64,000 nt of DNA from Solirubrobacteraceae bacterium (GTDB lineage: Bacteria; Actinomycetota; Thermoleophilia; Solirubrobacterales; Solirubrobacteraceae), in NCBI GenBank assembly GCA_035474295.1, contig DATINL010000036.1, positions 14,041 to 78,040 of the forward strand. The letters are read 5' to 3'. Position numbers and translations under genes: made by a program. The notes below the pieces were generated by a model that ran no database searches, was not told where the DNA came from, and saw only the letters and a list, made by a program, of their open reading frames with translations. Numbering within the stretch: the first letter of the stretch is position 1; each line of letters begins with the position of its first letter. Below, piece by piece: positions 1-9,572 of this stretch.

Positions 1-88
1 CGACGTGCAGCGACACGCCGTCGACCGCGCGCACCGGCTCGCCGCCGACGGCGGGGTAGTGCTTGACCAGCTCACGCAGCTCGAGCAT
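1..88 (-). CDS. ABC transporter ATP-binding protein, N-terminal part (runs off window edge)
   Basis: Manual translation MLELRELVKHYPAVGGEPVRAVDGVSLHV, a typical ABC ATPase N-terminus; GGAGAGGAG RBS upstream of ATG at 88. Confidence 0.8.
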   Translation of the reverse strand, partial: MLELRELVKHYPAVGGEPVRAVDGVSLHV

Positions 89-129
89 GTCGGCTCCTCT
101 CCGAGAGCCGCTGCGCGGGGGTTCGGTGG

Positions 130-627
130 TCAGCTGTAGAGCTTGCCACTGACCTGCACCGAGATCGCGTAGTCCGAGCGCCGGATCGTGCCGCTGAAGC
201 TCAGACCTGACCCGTGCGCATGGCGATAGCGTCCGCTGCCGCTGCTGATCGACAGCGAGCCGGAGAAGGTGGCGAACGTCGCTCCGCGGTGATAGCTGGC
301 CGTGCCGGAGCCCGAGATCGAGCCGTTGGAGCGACGGATGCTGACGTCGGCGCTGACGCGGCTGGTCGAGGTGATCGTCAGATGTACGTAGATCGTGCCG
401 CTGATCGTGCCTGACGCCGCGCCGCGCTCGTTGAGCGTGAAGCCGTGCCGGCTGGTGAGCCGCAGATGGCCGCTCTCGTGCAGCGTGGTCGTCTTGGCGG
501 AGAACGCGCGCGGGGGCACGGTGCGCGCGGCGTTGAGTTCAGGCGATCCACCCGCGCCGAGCGACACCGCGGGCAACGCGAGCGCCACCAGCAGGCCGAG
601 TGAGAGGCTGATCTGACGCGCGCTCAT
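130..627 (-). CDS. Secreted Ser/Gly/Thr-rich beta-strand hypothetical protein
   Basis: 3' part of ORF 130..1389; ATG at 627 overlaps upstream stop (ATGA); signal-peptide-like MSARQISLSLGLLVALALPAVSLG. Confidence 0.75.
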   Translation of the reverse strand: MSARQISLSLGLLVALALPAVSLGAGGSPELNAARTVPPRAFSAKTTTLHESGHLRLTSRHGFTLNERGAASGTISGTIYVHLTITSTSRVSADVSIRRSNGSISGSGTASYHRGATFATFSGSLSISSGSGRYRHAHGSGLSFSGTIRRSDYAISVQVSGKLYS

Positions 628-1436
628 TGCGGGCATGGGGACGTGGTGAGCGCGCTGCTGGCCGAGCCGTCGGCGTAGGTGAACTCGGCCGCGAACGGGA
701 AGCCGCCCGGCGGGCAGTGCGAGGGCACGATCACGCTGGTGGCGGTGGTGTGTGCGCCGCGGCGCGCGGCAGCACCGAGCGTGAGCGAGAAGCTGACGAT
801 CGACGCGTCGGGCTCGCCGCGCAGCGTGTGAATCGGCGGGATGCCCAGCAGCAGCTTGTCGCCGTAGGGAGCCTGATCTGGCAGCTCTCTGCCCGTCAGT
901 ACGATCTTCTTGTCGAACGGGGTGTAGCCGCGCGCGAGGATCACGACGGTCGGGTCGCTGCCGCGCAGCGGGCCGAGGAACACCCACATCGTGACGTGTT
1001 CGCTGACCAGCTGAGATCCCGCGCGCGCCTGCACGAGCGCGCGTCCTCGGCCGATCTGGGATTGCGGGGGGCAGCCGCCCGGGCCATGTGCGCGCAGGCG
1101 TGCGGCGGTGCAGCTGCGCAAGCTCGGTATGTCGAGGTTGAGCCCAGCCGGGAGATGCACCAGCGACCGGCGCAGCGCAGCGGGTACGTCGCCGTTGGCG
1201 GCTTTGAAGCTGATGGTGACGCTGAGCGCGGCCTTGGCGCCGAGCCGGTTGGGGGCCAGCGAAGGTGTGACGATCGCTGACGTGTTCGCCTGCGCGGGCA
1301 GCGCTTGCGCGAGCGTCGCAGACGTCGCCAGCAGCGCGCCGATCGTCAGCGTGCTCCCGGCCGTCGCGACCGTAGACATAGGCAGGCACGCGCAGGCCAC
1401 AAGCGCTGCGAGCGACATCTGAACTCTGGACGTCAT
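624..1436 (-). CDS. Secreted hypothetical protein
   Basis: GAGGAGAGGG RBS before ATG 1436; hydrophobic Ala-rich N-terminus; Cys pairs (RSC...GGCP, SHCPPGG, PCPQ). Confidence 0.75.
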   Translation of the reverse strand: MTSRVQMSLAALVACACLPMSTVATAGSTLTIGALLATSATLAQALPAQANTSAIVTPSLAPNRLGAKAALSVTISFKAANGDVPAALRRSLVHLPAGLNLDIPSLRSCTAARLRAHGPGGCPPQSQIGRGRALVQARAGSQLVSEHVTMWVFLGPLRGSDPTVVILARGYTPFDKKIVLTGRELPDQAPYGDKLLLGIPPIHTLRGEPDASIVSFSLTLGAAARRGAHTTATSVIVPSHCPPGGFPFAAEFTYADGSASSALTTSPCPQ

Positions 1437-1520
1437 CAATCCCTCTCCTCCCAGCGAGCGCCCGGATCGAGCGCTGCTCCCCGCATCGGCGTCCCAGGGG
1501 CTCCTACCCAACCCCTTTTC

Positions 1521-1539
1521 GTATTACCGATGGTAACAC
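1521..1539. promoter_or_regulatory. Imperfect palindrome GTATTACC-gat-GGTAACAC in AT-rich divergent intergenic region (candidate operator)
   Basis: 7/8 inverted repeat between divergent genes. Confidence 0.35.
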
Positions 1540-1585
1540 AAAATAATGTTTACCGTCGCAAGCCAGACCCAGCAGCTCGGGGCGC

Positions 1586-3214
1586 TTGAACACCCCGCAC
1601 CATAGTGTCCCTGAAATCGGATACGCGTCAAGGATACGTGAGCAGCTGGATCGACTCGCCGAGCACCCCTGGCTGGTCGGCGGCGACCCGAGCACGCCCG
1701 GGCAGCAGCTCGCGCGGCGCGTGCGCGTGCTCACGATGGGCGCGATCGTGATCGCCAACGTCGTCGGCTCCGCCGTGGTGGCCTGCTTCGCGCTGTTCGC
1801 GCTGCCGAAGCCCGCTGGGCTCGCAGGCGACGTGCGCTGGATCAACGTGGCGGTCGCGTGCGGATATGTGCTGTTCGCGTTGATCGTCGGCGCGAGCTGG
1901 GGCCGGCACGTGGTCGAAGCGGGGCCCAGCGGGATGCGCGCGTGGCTGTACGCCGAGCGCGCTCCGACCGCGGCTGAGCAGCTCGCGGTGCTGCGCGCGC
2001 CGCTGCGCATCATGGTCGTCGAGGCGGTGCTGTGGGGCATCGCGGTCGTGCTGTTCACGCTGCTCGAGTTGACGTTCTCCGGCTTGCTGGCGCTCGGCGT
2101 CGGCATGACGGTCGCGCTCGGCGGGATCACGACGAGCGCGACGTCGTATCTGCTCGCGGAGCTGGCGCTGCGGCCGGTCGCGTCGCGCGCGCTGGCCGCG
2201 GGCGCGCCACGGCGGCGCGGGCTGCCGGGCGTCGGTATGCGCTGGCTGCTCGCGTGGGGGCTCGGCACCGGCGTGCCGGTCGTCGGGCTGATGCTGGTCG
2301 GGATCGTCGCGCTGACGCCGGTGCCGGTGTCGAAGTCGGCGCTGGCGGTCACAACCGTGGCGCTGTGCGCGATGGGGCTCGTGTTCGGCGCGCTCGTGTC
2401 GCTGCTCGCAGCGTATGCGACGGTCCATCCGATCGCGTCGATCCGCGCCGGGTTGGCGCGCGTGCGGCGCGGCGACCTGGAGGTCGTGCTGCCGGTGTGG
2501 GATTCGACGCAGATGGGACTGCTGCAGGCCGGGTTCAACGAGATGGCGGAAGGCCTGCGCGAGCGCGAGCGCATCCGCGACCTGTTCGGGCGCCAGGTCG
2601 GCGCCGACGTCGCGCGCCAGGCGGTCGCCGAAGACGGCCAGGTGCAGCTGGGTGGCACGGTGCGCGACGTGGCGGTGCTGTTCGTCGACGTGGTCGGCTC
2701 CACCTCGCTCGCGGCCACCCGCCCACCGCAGGAGGTCGTCGAGCTGCTCAACCGCTTCTTCGGCGAGGTGATCGACGTCGTCGAAGAGCAGGGCGGGTGG
2801 ATCAACAAGTTCCAGGGCGACGCGGCACTGGCGATCTTCGGCGCGCCGGCGGCGCTGGAGCACAAGGAAGCGCGCGCGCTGCGCGCCGCACGCGAGCTCG
2901 ACGCGCGGCTGCGTGCGCGCGTGCCCGAGCTGCGGGCGGCCATCGGGGTGGCGGTCGGGCCGGCCGTGGCAGGCCGGGTCGGCGCCGAGCGGCGCTTCGA
3001 GTACACCGTGATCGGCGACCCGGTCAACGAGGCTGCGCGGCTGACCGAGCTGGCCAAGCAGCAGCGCACGCGGGTGCTCGCGTCAGGCGACGCGATCGAG
3101 CGCGGCGGAACGGCCGAAGCCGCGAGCTGGGAGCTCGGCGAGCAGGTGCAGCTGCGCGGGCGCACGCTGAGCACCAGGCTTGCGCACCCCGTCGAGGCGG
3201 CGGCTCAGCTCTAA
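1586..3214 (+). CDS. Membrane-bound class III adenylate/guanylate cyclase with HAMP domain
   Basis: About six TM segments, HAMP (DEMG-like STQMGLLQAGFNEM), catalytic motifs VLFVDVVGST, INKFQGDA, YTVIGDPVNEAARL. Confidence 0.92.
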   Translation: MNTPHHSVPEIGYASRIREQLDRLAEHPWLVGGDPSTPGQQLARRVRVLTMGAIVIANVVGSAVVACFALFALPKPAGLAGDVRWINVAVACGYVLFALIVGASWGRHVVEAGPSGMRAWLYAERAPTAAEQLAVLRAPLRIMVVEAVLWGIAVVLFTLLELTFSGLLALGVGMTVALGGITTSATSYLLAELALRPVASRALAAGAPRRRGLPGVGMRWLLAWGLGTGVPVVGLMLVGIVALTPVPVSKSALAVTTVALCAMGLVFGALVSLLAAYATVHPIASIRAGLARVRRGDLEVVLPVWDSTQMGLLQAGFNEMAEGLRERERIRDLFGRQVGADVARQAVAEDGQVQLGGTVRDVAVLFVDVVGSTSLAATRPPQEVVELLNRFFGEVIDVVEEQGGWINKFQGDAALAIFGAPAALEHKEARALRAARELDARLRARVPELRAAIGVAVGPAVAGRVGAERRFEYTVIGDPVNEAARLTELAKQQRTRVLASGDAIERGGTAEAASWELGEQVQLRGRTLSTRLAHPVEAAAQL

Positions 3215-3229
3215 AGCAGGGGCTCGCGC

Positions 3230-4924
3230 GTGTCGATGGAATGCGTGCAGGTGTCTGGTGTGTTCCTCTCGATTCCCAGCTCGATCCGAGCCGCTGGCGC
3301 TGTGGCGTTCACGGTCGCGGCTGTCTCGATCACCGTGGTTGCGACGTCGTCGATCGAGCGCACCGCAGCGGACCGCGGCTATCGGCACACGCTGGGAGCG
3401 CAGAACCTGCTGACGTCGATGCTCGACCGCGAGACGGGGCTGCGCGGGTTTCTGCTCACCGGCGACGACTCGTTCCTGCAGCCCTATCGCAGCGGGACAG
3501 CTCATTTCCAGACGGCAGTTCGCTCAGCGCGAGCGTACTCCCAAGACGTTCCGCAGCTGAGCGAACAGGTCCAGTTGGCCCAGCGCTGGCAGGCCGAAGC
3601 GCAGAGGTCGATCCTGCGGGTGCGGCGCTTCGGCGTTCACGGGTCGCCGTTCTCGACGTCACAGGCCTCGGCGCTGCGGCGCAAGCGCGTGATGGATGAC
3701 TTTCGCTCCGCCAACGCGCGTTACCTGTCCGTTATGAACCAGCGGCGCGTGTCCGGCGTCGCGGCCGCTACCGATCTCTCCACCTGGATCGTCGTGGCGT
3801 TGTCGCTGCTGCTGGCGACGATCCAGCTGGTGCTCGTGCGCCTGGGCTCGCGCCGGCGCGAGCGCAACCGTGCGGTGATCGCCGCCGCCGATCGCGCGCG
3901 CCAGGCGCGTGAGCGCACTTACGTCGAGGAACGCCGGCGCTTCGCCGAGATCGTGCAGGTGTCAGAGACCGAAGCCGAGGCGCGCGCCTTGATCAAGCGC
4001 CGGATCGAGTCCGGCATCGCAGACTGTGCGGTGGTGGTGCTCAACCGCAACAACAGCGCCGACCGGCTCGAGACCGCGACTGCGCTGGCCGCCGACTCCG
4101 CGCTCGCGGCGGCGCTGGCGGGGGCCACCCCGCGCGCCTGCCTGGCGATCCGCCTCGGGCGCACACACCACGAGACGCGTGACGAGAGCCCGTTGATCTC
4201 ATGTGAGCTGTGCGGCAAGAACGCCGCGCAGGCGACGTGCGAGCCGCTGCTGGTCGGCGGCCAGGTGATCGGGTCGCTGCTGATCTCCCACGAGCAGGAG
4301 CTCGACGAGCGGGCACAGCGGCTGATCGCGGAGACGGTCGGCTATACCGCTCCGGTGCTGGCCAATCTGCGCAACCTGGCGATCGCCGAGCGCAGGGCCC
4401 ACACCGACTCGCTCACCGGGCTGCCCAACCGCCGCGCGCTCGACGACACGTTCAAGCGCATGCTGGCCCAGGCCAGCCGTACGGTGGCGCCGCTGTCGGT
4501 GGTGCTGCTCGACCTCGATCACTTCAAGCGCGTCAACGACACGTTCGGCCACGATCGCGGCGACGAGGTGCTGGCGGCTGTCGCGGGCGTGTTGACCGAG
4601 TCGGTGCGCGCCAGCGACTTTGTCGCGCGCTTCGGCGGCGAGGAGTTCGTCGTGCTGCTGCCGGCGACCGATCTGCAGGGAGCCCTCCGGGCCGCCGAGA
4701 ACATCGCCCAAAAGCTCGCAACAGCCCATACACCGAAGCTCGATCGGCTTGTGACGGCGAGCTTCGGCGTAGCGGGCTTCCCCGAGCATGGCGTCGACGC
4801 CGAGACGCTCGTGCGCTATGCCGATCACGCGCTCTACCAGGCCAAGCAGGATGGGCGCAACTGCGTACGCGTCGCCTCAGACGAGCTGCCGGCTCTGCAG
4901 GTCTCGCCCAGCTCTCTCGCGTAG
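3230..4924 (+). CDS. Diguanylate cyclase (CHASE3-like sensor, GAF-like region, GGDEF)
   Basis: MLDRETGLRGFLLTGDDSFLQPY (CHASE3-like); DSLTGLPNRR, DLDHFKRVNDTFGH, RASD I-site and GGEEF active site. Confidence 0.92.
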   Translation: MSMECVQVSGVFLSIPSSIRAAGAVAFTVAAVSITVVATSSIERTAADRGYRHTLGAQNLLTSMLDRETGLRGFLLTGDDSFLQPYRSGTAHFQTAVRSARAYSQDVPQLSEQVQLAQRWQAEAQRSILRVRRFGVHGSPFSTSQASALRRKRVMDDFRSANARYLSVMNQRRVSGVAAATDLSTWIVVALSLLLATIQLVLVRLGSRRRERNRAVIAAADRARQARERTYVEERRRFAEIVQVSETEAEARALIKRRIESGIADCAVVVLNRNNSADRLETATALAADSALAAALAGATPRACLAIRLGRTHHETRDESPLISCELCGKNAAQATCEPLLVGGQVIGSLLISHEQELDERAQRLIAETVGYTAPVLANLRNLAIAERRAHTDSLTGLPNRRALDDTFKRMLAQASRTVAPLSVVLLDLDHFKRVNDTFGHDRGDEVLAAVAGVLTESVRASDFVARFGGEEFVVLLPATDLQGALRAAENIAQKLATAHTPKLDRLVTASFGVAGFPEHGVDAETLVRYADHALYQAKQDGRNCVRVASDELPALQVSPSSLA

Positions 4925-4976
4925 TCAGGTCGGACTCGGCAGCGGACACTCGCCGCGTCCAAGCGCCGCGGGCGCG

Positions 4977-5810
4977 TCAGACGGGCGCGTCGGCTGACAG
5001 GCCGGCGAGCTCGGCGCTGCGCTCCCAAAGCCGCTCGGCCAGCGTGTCGTCCTGTGCCTGTGCGCTGGGCGCCAGCACCTTCTCATCCTGGACGTACTCG
5101 CCGGTGAGGGCGGCGGCTTCGTCTGACAGCGAGAGCCACACCAGCGAGCTGGCGCCGCGAAGCGGAGAGCGGAAGAACGGCGCACCGAGCGTGGTCAGAA
5201 CCTTCCAGATCCCGTTGTCGTTCTTGCCGAAGCCGGTGCGCACCACGCCCGGGTGAAAGCAGTTCGCGTGCAGCTCGGGCGCACGCCTGGCCAGTTCACG
5301 TGTGAAGAGGATGTTGCACAGCTTCGAGGTGCCGTAGACGCGCATCGCGGCGTAGGACTGCTGGGATTGCAGATCGTCGAGATCAAGTCGTCCGGCCTTG
5401 TGGGCGTCGGATGCAGTGGTCACCACACGCCCACCGCGCAGACGATCGCGCAGCAGATTGGTGAGCAGGAACGGCGCGAGGTGATTCAGCGCAAACGTCT
5501 GCTCGAGGCCTTCGGCGGTTTGCTTGCGCGACGCGAACAGCGCGCCGGCGTTGTTCGCCAGCACGTCGATGTGCTCGTAGCGCTCACGCGCCTCAGCGGC
5601 GAGCGCGCGCACATCCCCCATCAGCGCCAGATCGGCGACGTGCTCATGCACCGGCGCGCCACCCCCGGTGGCCCTGGCCTCCTGCGCGACCGCTTTCACA
5701 CGCTCGGTCTCGCGCCCTACGAGCGCAAGCTCGACGCCCTGCCGGGCGAGCTCGATCGCAGCGGCGCGGCCAATGCCGCGGGTGGCTCCCGTGAGCAGGA
5801 CGAATGTCAT
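4977..5810 (-). CDS. SDR family oxidoreductase (retinol dehydrogenase-like)
   Basis: TGATRGIG, NNAG, YGTSK catalytic motif, HPGVVRT. Confidence 0.92.
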   Translation of the reverse strand: MTFVLLTGATRGIGRAAAIELARQGVELALVGRETERVKAVAQEARATGGGAPVHEHVADLALMGDVRALAAEARERYEHIDVLANNAGALFASRKQTAEGLEQTFALNHLAPFLLTNLLRDRLRGGRVVTTASDAHKAGRLDLDDLQSQQSYAAMRVYGTSKLCNILFTRELARRAPELHANCFHPGVVRTGFGKNDNGIWKVLTTLGAPFFRSPLRGASSLVWLSLSDEAAALTGEYVQDEKVLAPSAQAQDDTLAERLWERSAELAGLSADAPV

Positions 5811-5828
5811 GCCGCGGACTCTAGTGAG

Positions 5829-6896
5829 TCAGGCGGTGCGCCGACGACGCAGCAACGGGTCGCTCAGCGCGGGCGGCACGTAGCCGCGGTCCGTACGAGC
5901 CAGTGTGACGCCGGGAGGCACGATCTCGTCGATGCGATCCAGCACGTCGCTGCTCAACGTGACTTGATCCGCGCCGAGCTGTGACTCCAGTTGGTCCATC
6001 GTGCGCGGCCCGACGATCGGTGCGGTCACTGCCGGGTGCTGGAGCACGAACGCGAGCGCCATCTGCACGAGCGTGAGACCGGCATCCTCCGCGAGCAGCG
6101 CCAGCTGCTCGGCAGCGTCGAGCTTGAGCTGGTTCTCCGGCTTGTCCAGGTCGTAGCGTCCAGGCATCCGCTGGCTGCGGTGCGAGTGCGGCGCGTCCTG
6201 GCCCTTGCGATAGCCGCCGGTGAGCCAGCCGCCGGCGAGCGGGCTCCACGGGATCACACCGAGGCCGAGCTGCTCGGCGACTGGCAGCAGGTCCGCTTCC
6301 ACTCCGCGCACGAGGATCGAATACGGCGGCTGCTCGCTCACGAAGCGGCCGAGCGCGCGACGCTCGGAGACCCACTGCGCCTGCACAACCTCGTGGGCTG
6401 GGAACGTGGAGGAGCCGAACGCGCGGATCTTGCCCTGGCGCTGCAGGTCGGTGAGCGCGGCGAGCGTCTCCTCGATGTCGGTGTCGGGCTCGGGACGATG
6501 CACTTGGTAGAGGTCGATCCAGTCCGTGCCGAGGCGCCGCAGGCTGTTCTCGACTTCCTGCACGATCCAGCGCCGCGAGTTGCCACGCTTGTTGGGGTCG
6601 CCGCCCGGCTGACCGAACGGATGGTCCGCCGACACGCCCATCTGCGCGTGAAACTTCGTCGCGAGGATCACGTCGTCGCGACGGCCGCCGGCGAGCGCCT
6701 TGCCGACGATGACTTCAGACTCGCCCTGGGAGTAGACGTCGGCGGTGTCGATGAAGTTGATCCCCGCGTCCAATGCGCGGTGGATGATCGCGATCGATGT
6801 GTCGTGGTCGCGCTCACCCCAAGCGCCGAACATCATCGCGCCGAGACACAACGGGCTGACCTGCATGCCGGTGCGGCCGAGGCTGCGGTAGTCCAT
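5829..6896 (-). CDS. Aldo/keto reductase
   Basis: MDYRSLGRTGMQVSPLCLGAM, IDTADVY, LATK, DLYQVH, PWSPLAGG. Confidence 0.93.
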   Translation of the reverse strand: MDYRSLGRTGMQVSPLCLGAMMFGAWGERDHDTSIAIIHRALDAGINFIDTADVYSQGESEVIVGKALAGGRRDDVILATKFHAQMGVSADHPFGQPGGDPNKRGNSRRWIVQEVENSLRRLGTDWIDLYQVHRPEPDTDIEETLAALTDLQRQGKIRAFGSSTFPAHEVVQAQWVSERRALGRFVSEQPPYSILVRGVEADLLPVAEQLGLGVIPWSPLAGGWLTGGYRKGQDAPHSHRSQRMPGRYDLDKPENQLKLDAAEQLALLAEDAGLTLVQMALAFVLQHPAVTAPIVGPRTMDQLESQLGADQVTLSSDVLDRIDEIVPPGVTLARTDRGYVPPALSDPLLRRRRTA

Positions 6897-6963
6897 GCGC
6901 TCAAGCATACGACGGGCCACACCGCTCCGGGATCATCCGGCCACGGTTTTCAGCAAAGCTCGG

Positions 6964-8097
6964 TCAGCGGGCGAACCAGCTCGCACGGCGGCTCGCGCCG
7001 AAGTGCTGTTTCTCTGCGACGAGCGCCACCGACGGCTCGTTGTAGGTGCCGGTCGGCTTCGGTCCCGAGAGGAAGTCAACGTCGACGCGACCGACGCGAC
7101 CGGCGCCGAACTCGATGTAACACGAGCCTTGTCCACCGTAGCCAGCTGTCTGTCCGCTGCCGCGCAGGCTCGCGATCAGCTGCGCGGCAACCACGCGCGC
7201 CGCTCCCTCGGCGAACACACCTGCCTTGGGGACGCCGACGGTCGCGACGTCGCCGACGGCGTACACGCCCGGGAAGCGCGTGTGCAGCGTGCGCGGGTCG
7301 ACTGGGATATAGCCGTCTTCGGTCATCCCGCTCGCGATCACCACGTCGGGAGCGCGGTGCTTCGGCACGCCGAGGAAGAGGTCGTACGCCAGCTCACTGC
7401 CGTCGTCGAGCACTGCGACGCTGCGCGCGCCGTCGAGCGAACTCACACGCCGGCCGGGGATGAACGCGATGTCGCGCTCGGCGAACGCGGCCACGAGCGC
7501 ACGTGACGTTTCGGGCGAGGGCGGAACCGGGCTGCCCAGCGGGATCACGAACGAGATCTCGCAGTCGTCACGGACACCGCGCGCCACGAGCTGGTCGTGT
7601 AGCAGCAGCGCGGCTTCGCTCGGCGCCGGCGGGCACTTGAACGGCGCGCCGCACACGCCGATGATCGCGCGACCGTGCGAGAACGCGGGCAGCAGCTGGC
7701 CGAGGCGTGCTGCGCCGTTCACGGAGTAGAACTCGTTGCCCGACTGCGCAAGCCCAGGCGTGGCGTCGAGGTCGTAATCGGCGCCGAGCGCTACGACCAA
7801 GAAGTCGGCCTCGTGGGCACCGCCGTCGGTTGTGACCACGCGCGCCTGCGGGTCGATCTTGGTGATCGTCTCCTGAACGAAGCGCACCCCGGGCTTGGCG
7901 ATCTCGCGGTACGGCAGCCGCACCGCGTCGAGCGTCGTTCGGCCGAACATCACATCGAGCTTGGAGTACCCGAAGACGAACGCGTCGCTCTTGTCGATCA
8001 GGGTGACATCGACGTCGTCGCCGAGCGCATCTGACAGGACCGTCGCGAGCTCGAGTCCACCGAAGCCAGCACCCAGTACGACAACGCGGGTTTTCAC
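6964..8097 (-). CDS. FAD-dependent oxidoreductase, sulfide:quinone oxidoreductase-like
   Basis: GAGFGG Rossmann motif, FKCPPAP, GDVA, PKAG, C-terminal GSCYIEFG. Confidence 0.85.
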   Translation of the reverse strand: MKTRVVVLGAGFGGLELATVLSDALGDDVDVTLIDKSDAFVFGYSKLDVMFGRTTLDAVRLPYREIAKPGVRFVQETITKIDPQARVVTTDGGAHEADFLVVALGADYDLDATPGLAQSGNEFYSVNGAARLGQLLPAFSHGRAIIGVCGAPFKCPPAPSEAALLLHDQLVARGVRDDCEISFVIPLGSPVPPSPETSRALVAAFAERDIAFIPGRRVSSLDGARSVAVLDDGSELAYDLFLGVPKHRAPDVVIASGMTEDGYIPVDPRTLHTRFPGVYAVGDVATVGVPKAGVFAEGAARVVAAQLIASLRGSGQTAGYGGQGSCYIEFGAGRVGRVDVDFLSGPKPTGTYNEPSVALVAEKQHFGASRRASWFAR

Positions 8098-8106
8098 CGG
8101 GCAAGT

Positions 8107-8802
8107 CTATCCGGGCTGGGCGTGCTCGTCGCGGCGCTTGATCAGCAGCCATTGCGGCTTGGCGCCTGAGCGGGTGCGCTGCAGCGCGAAGCCGCCGCGC
8201 AGCTTCTCCCCGTGGAGCACGAACACGGCGTGGCCGCGGATCAGCGCGCGCGGCCAGGCGACGCGTCCGCCCTGCTCGTAGGTGCCGTGATCCCACACGA
8301 TCACCCGACCCGCCCCGAGCGGCCCTTCGAACGTGTTGTGCGCGATCGCGTGGTCGCCGACCTCGATGGCGAAGCGCTTGACCGCCGGATCCAGTGACGG
8401 CACCTTGGGGAGCGACCACGAGCGCATCACGCCGTCGACTTCGAGGCGCAGGTCGAAGTGGTGGGCGCTGGCCACGTGCTCCTGCACCACGAAGGCGCCG
8501 GCGCTGACGCCGCGGATCGCAAACTGCTCATGGCCCTCGAGCGCAACTTCGTCGAGCGCGACCCCGGAGACATGCGCGAGCGGCGGGCCGTCTCCCAGGA
8601 AGACCACGAGCTCGCCAACAGCCATAGCGGAGCCCTCGGCGTGTACCAGCACGGCGCCGTCCTGCCCGTTGCGAACCCAGCCCATCACCTCGAGCTCACG
8701 CGCGCGACTGACGATAGCGTCGCGAAACCCGACGCCCTGCACCTGACCGCGTACGACGGCCCGCACCGCTGCCGTCGCGGTCTTGCTTGCCTGATCAGTC
8801 AC
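8107..8802 (-). CDS. Acylphosphatase fused to LigD 3'-phosphoesterase (PE) domain
   Basis: N-terminal VRGQVQGVGFR and GWVRN (acylphosphatase); C-terminal FVVQEH, HFDLRLE, SWSLPK, FEG, VWDHGTY, LHGEKLRG, WLLIK (LigD PE); GTG start inferred at 8802. Confidence 0.88.
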   Translation of the reverse strand: MTDQASKTATAAVRAVVRGQVQGVGFRDAIVSRARELEVMGWVRNGQDGAVLVHAEGSAMAVGELVVFLGDGPPLAHVSGVALDEVALEGHEQFAIRGVSAGAFVVQEHVASAHHFDLRLEVDGVMRSWSLPKVPSLDPAVKRFAIEVGDHAIAHNTFEGPLGAGRVIVWDHGTYEQGGRVAWPRALIRGHAVFVLHGEKLRGGFALQRTRSGAKPQWLLIKRRDEHAQPG

Positions 8803-8828
8803 AGCAGAGCTCCCGCTTGCGCTCCGCG

Positions 8829-9386
8829 TTACGCACGCCGGTAGCGAACATAGGCGACACGGGAGCTGAACGTCTGTGTCTCCACCAGCTCCAAGTCGAT
8901 CCGCTGCTCCAGCGGCGGGAAGTAAGGCGTGCCGCTGCCCAGCAGCACCGGGCTGACGAACAGCCGGTACTCGTCGATCAGGTTCAGCTTCACGCAGGTT
9001 GAGGCCAGGCCAGCACCACCGACGGCGAGATCCTTCCCGGGCTGCTCTCTGAGCTTGGCGAGCTCTGCGGCAACGCCGTCGTTGGCCAGCCTGGCGTTGC
9101 CTTCGACCGTCTCGAGGGTCTTCGAGAACACGATCTTCGGCAGCTGCTGCCAGATGCGCGCGAATTCGAGCGCGTAGTCCGTGACCGACGAACTCTCCCC
9201 GATGTTCTCCCAATAGACCATCGTCTCGTAGAGCCGCCGTCCGCACAGGTGCGCGCCAAGCTCCCGCGTCTGCTCGTTGTGGAACCGGTGCAGGCGCTCG
9301 TCCGGCACGGACCAGTCGATCTCTCCGCCAGGCCCGGCGATGAAACCGTCCAGTGACGTGCTCATTGAGTAGATCAGCTTCCGCAC
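8829..9386 (-). CDS. Dihydrofolate reductase / RibD C-terminal family protein
   Basis: RKLIYSMSTSLDGFIAGP, GRRLYE, GGAGLA, DEYRLFVSPVLLGSG; GAGGAGG RBS before GTG 9386. Confidence 0.9.
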   Translation of the reverse strand: MRKLIYSMSTSLDGFIAGPGGEIDWSVPDERLHRFHNEQTRELGAHLCGRRLYETMVYWENIGESSSVTDYALEFARIWQQLPKIVFSKTLETVEGNARLANDGVAAELAKLREQPGKDLAVGGAGLASTCVKLNLIDEYRLFVSPVLLGSGTPYFPPLEQRIDLELVETQTFSSRVAYVRYRRA

Positions 9387-9572
9387 AAAGGATCCTCCTC
9401 CGAGTGGCTTTCGCCGCTGTACGATACGTCGCGTGAGAGGGCTCTCGCTCTGGGTCTGATGACTCGTTTGTCTGCGTGGGGTCGAAGAGCTCCTTCCTGT
9501 CGATCGGGTCGGTGGGCTCAGCGCTGTCAAGCGGATCGATTGGACAATGAGCGAGCAGGTGCGCTGCGCGTG

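Noticed and set aside
1521-1539. c-di-GMP-I riboswitch because of TTACCGATGG
   Set aside because: Remaining conserved elements (GNRA loop, receptor, P1/P2) are absent; treated as a possible operator only
1504-3174. 556-aa minus-strand ORF, and similar long antisense ORFs at 31119-32750, 37573-39159 and 57882-59012
   Set aside because: Shadow frames of well-supported genes, expected in high-GC DNA; no motifs
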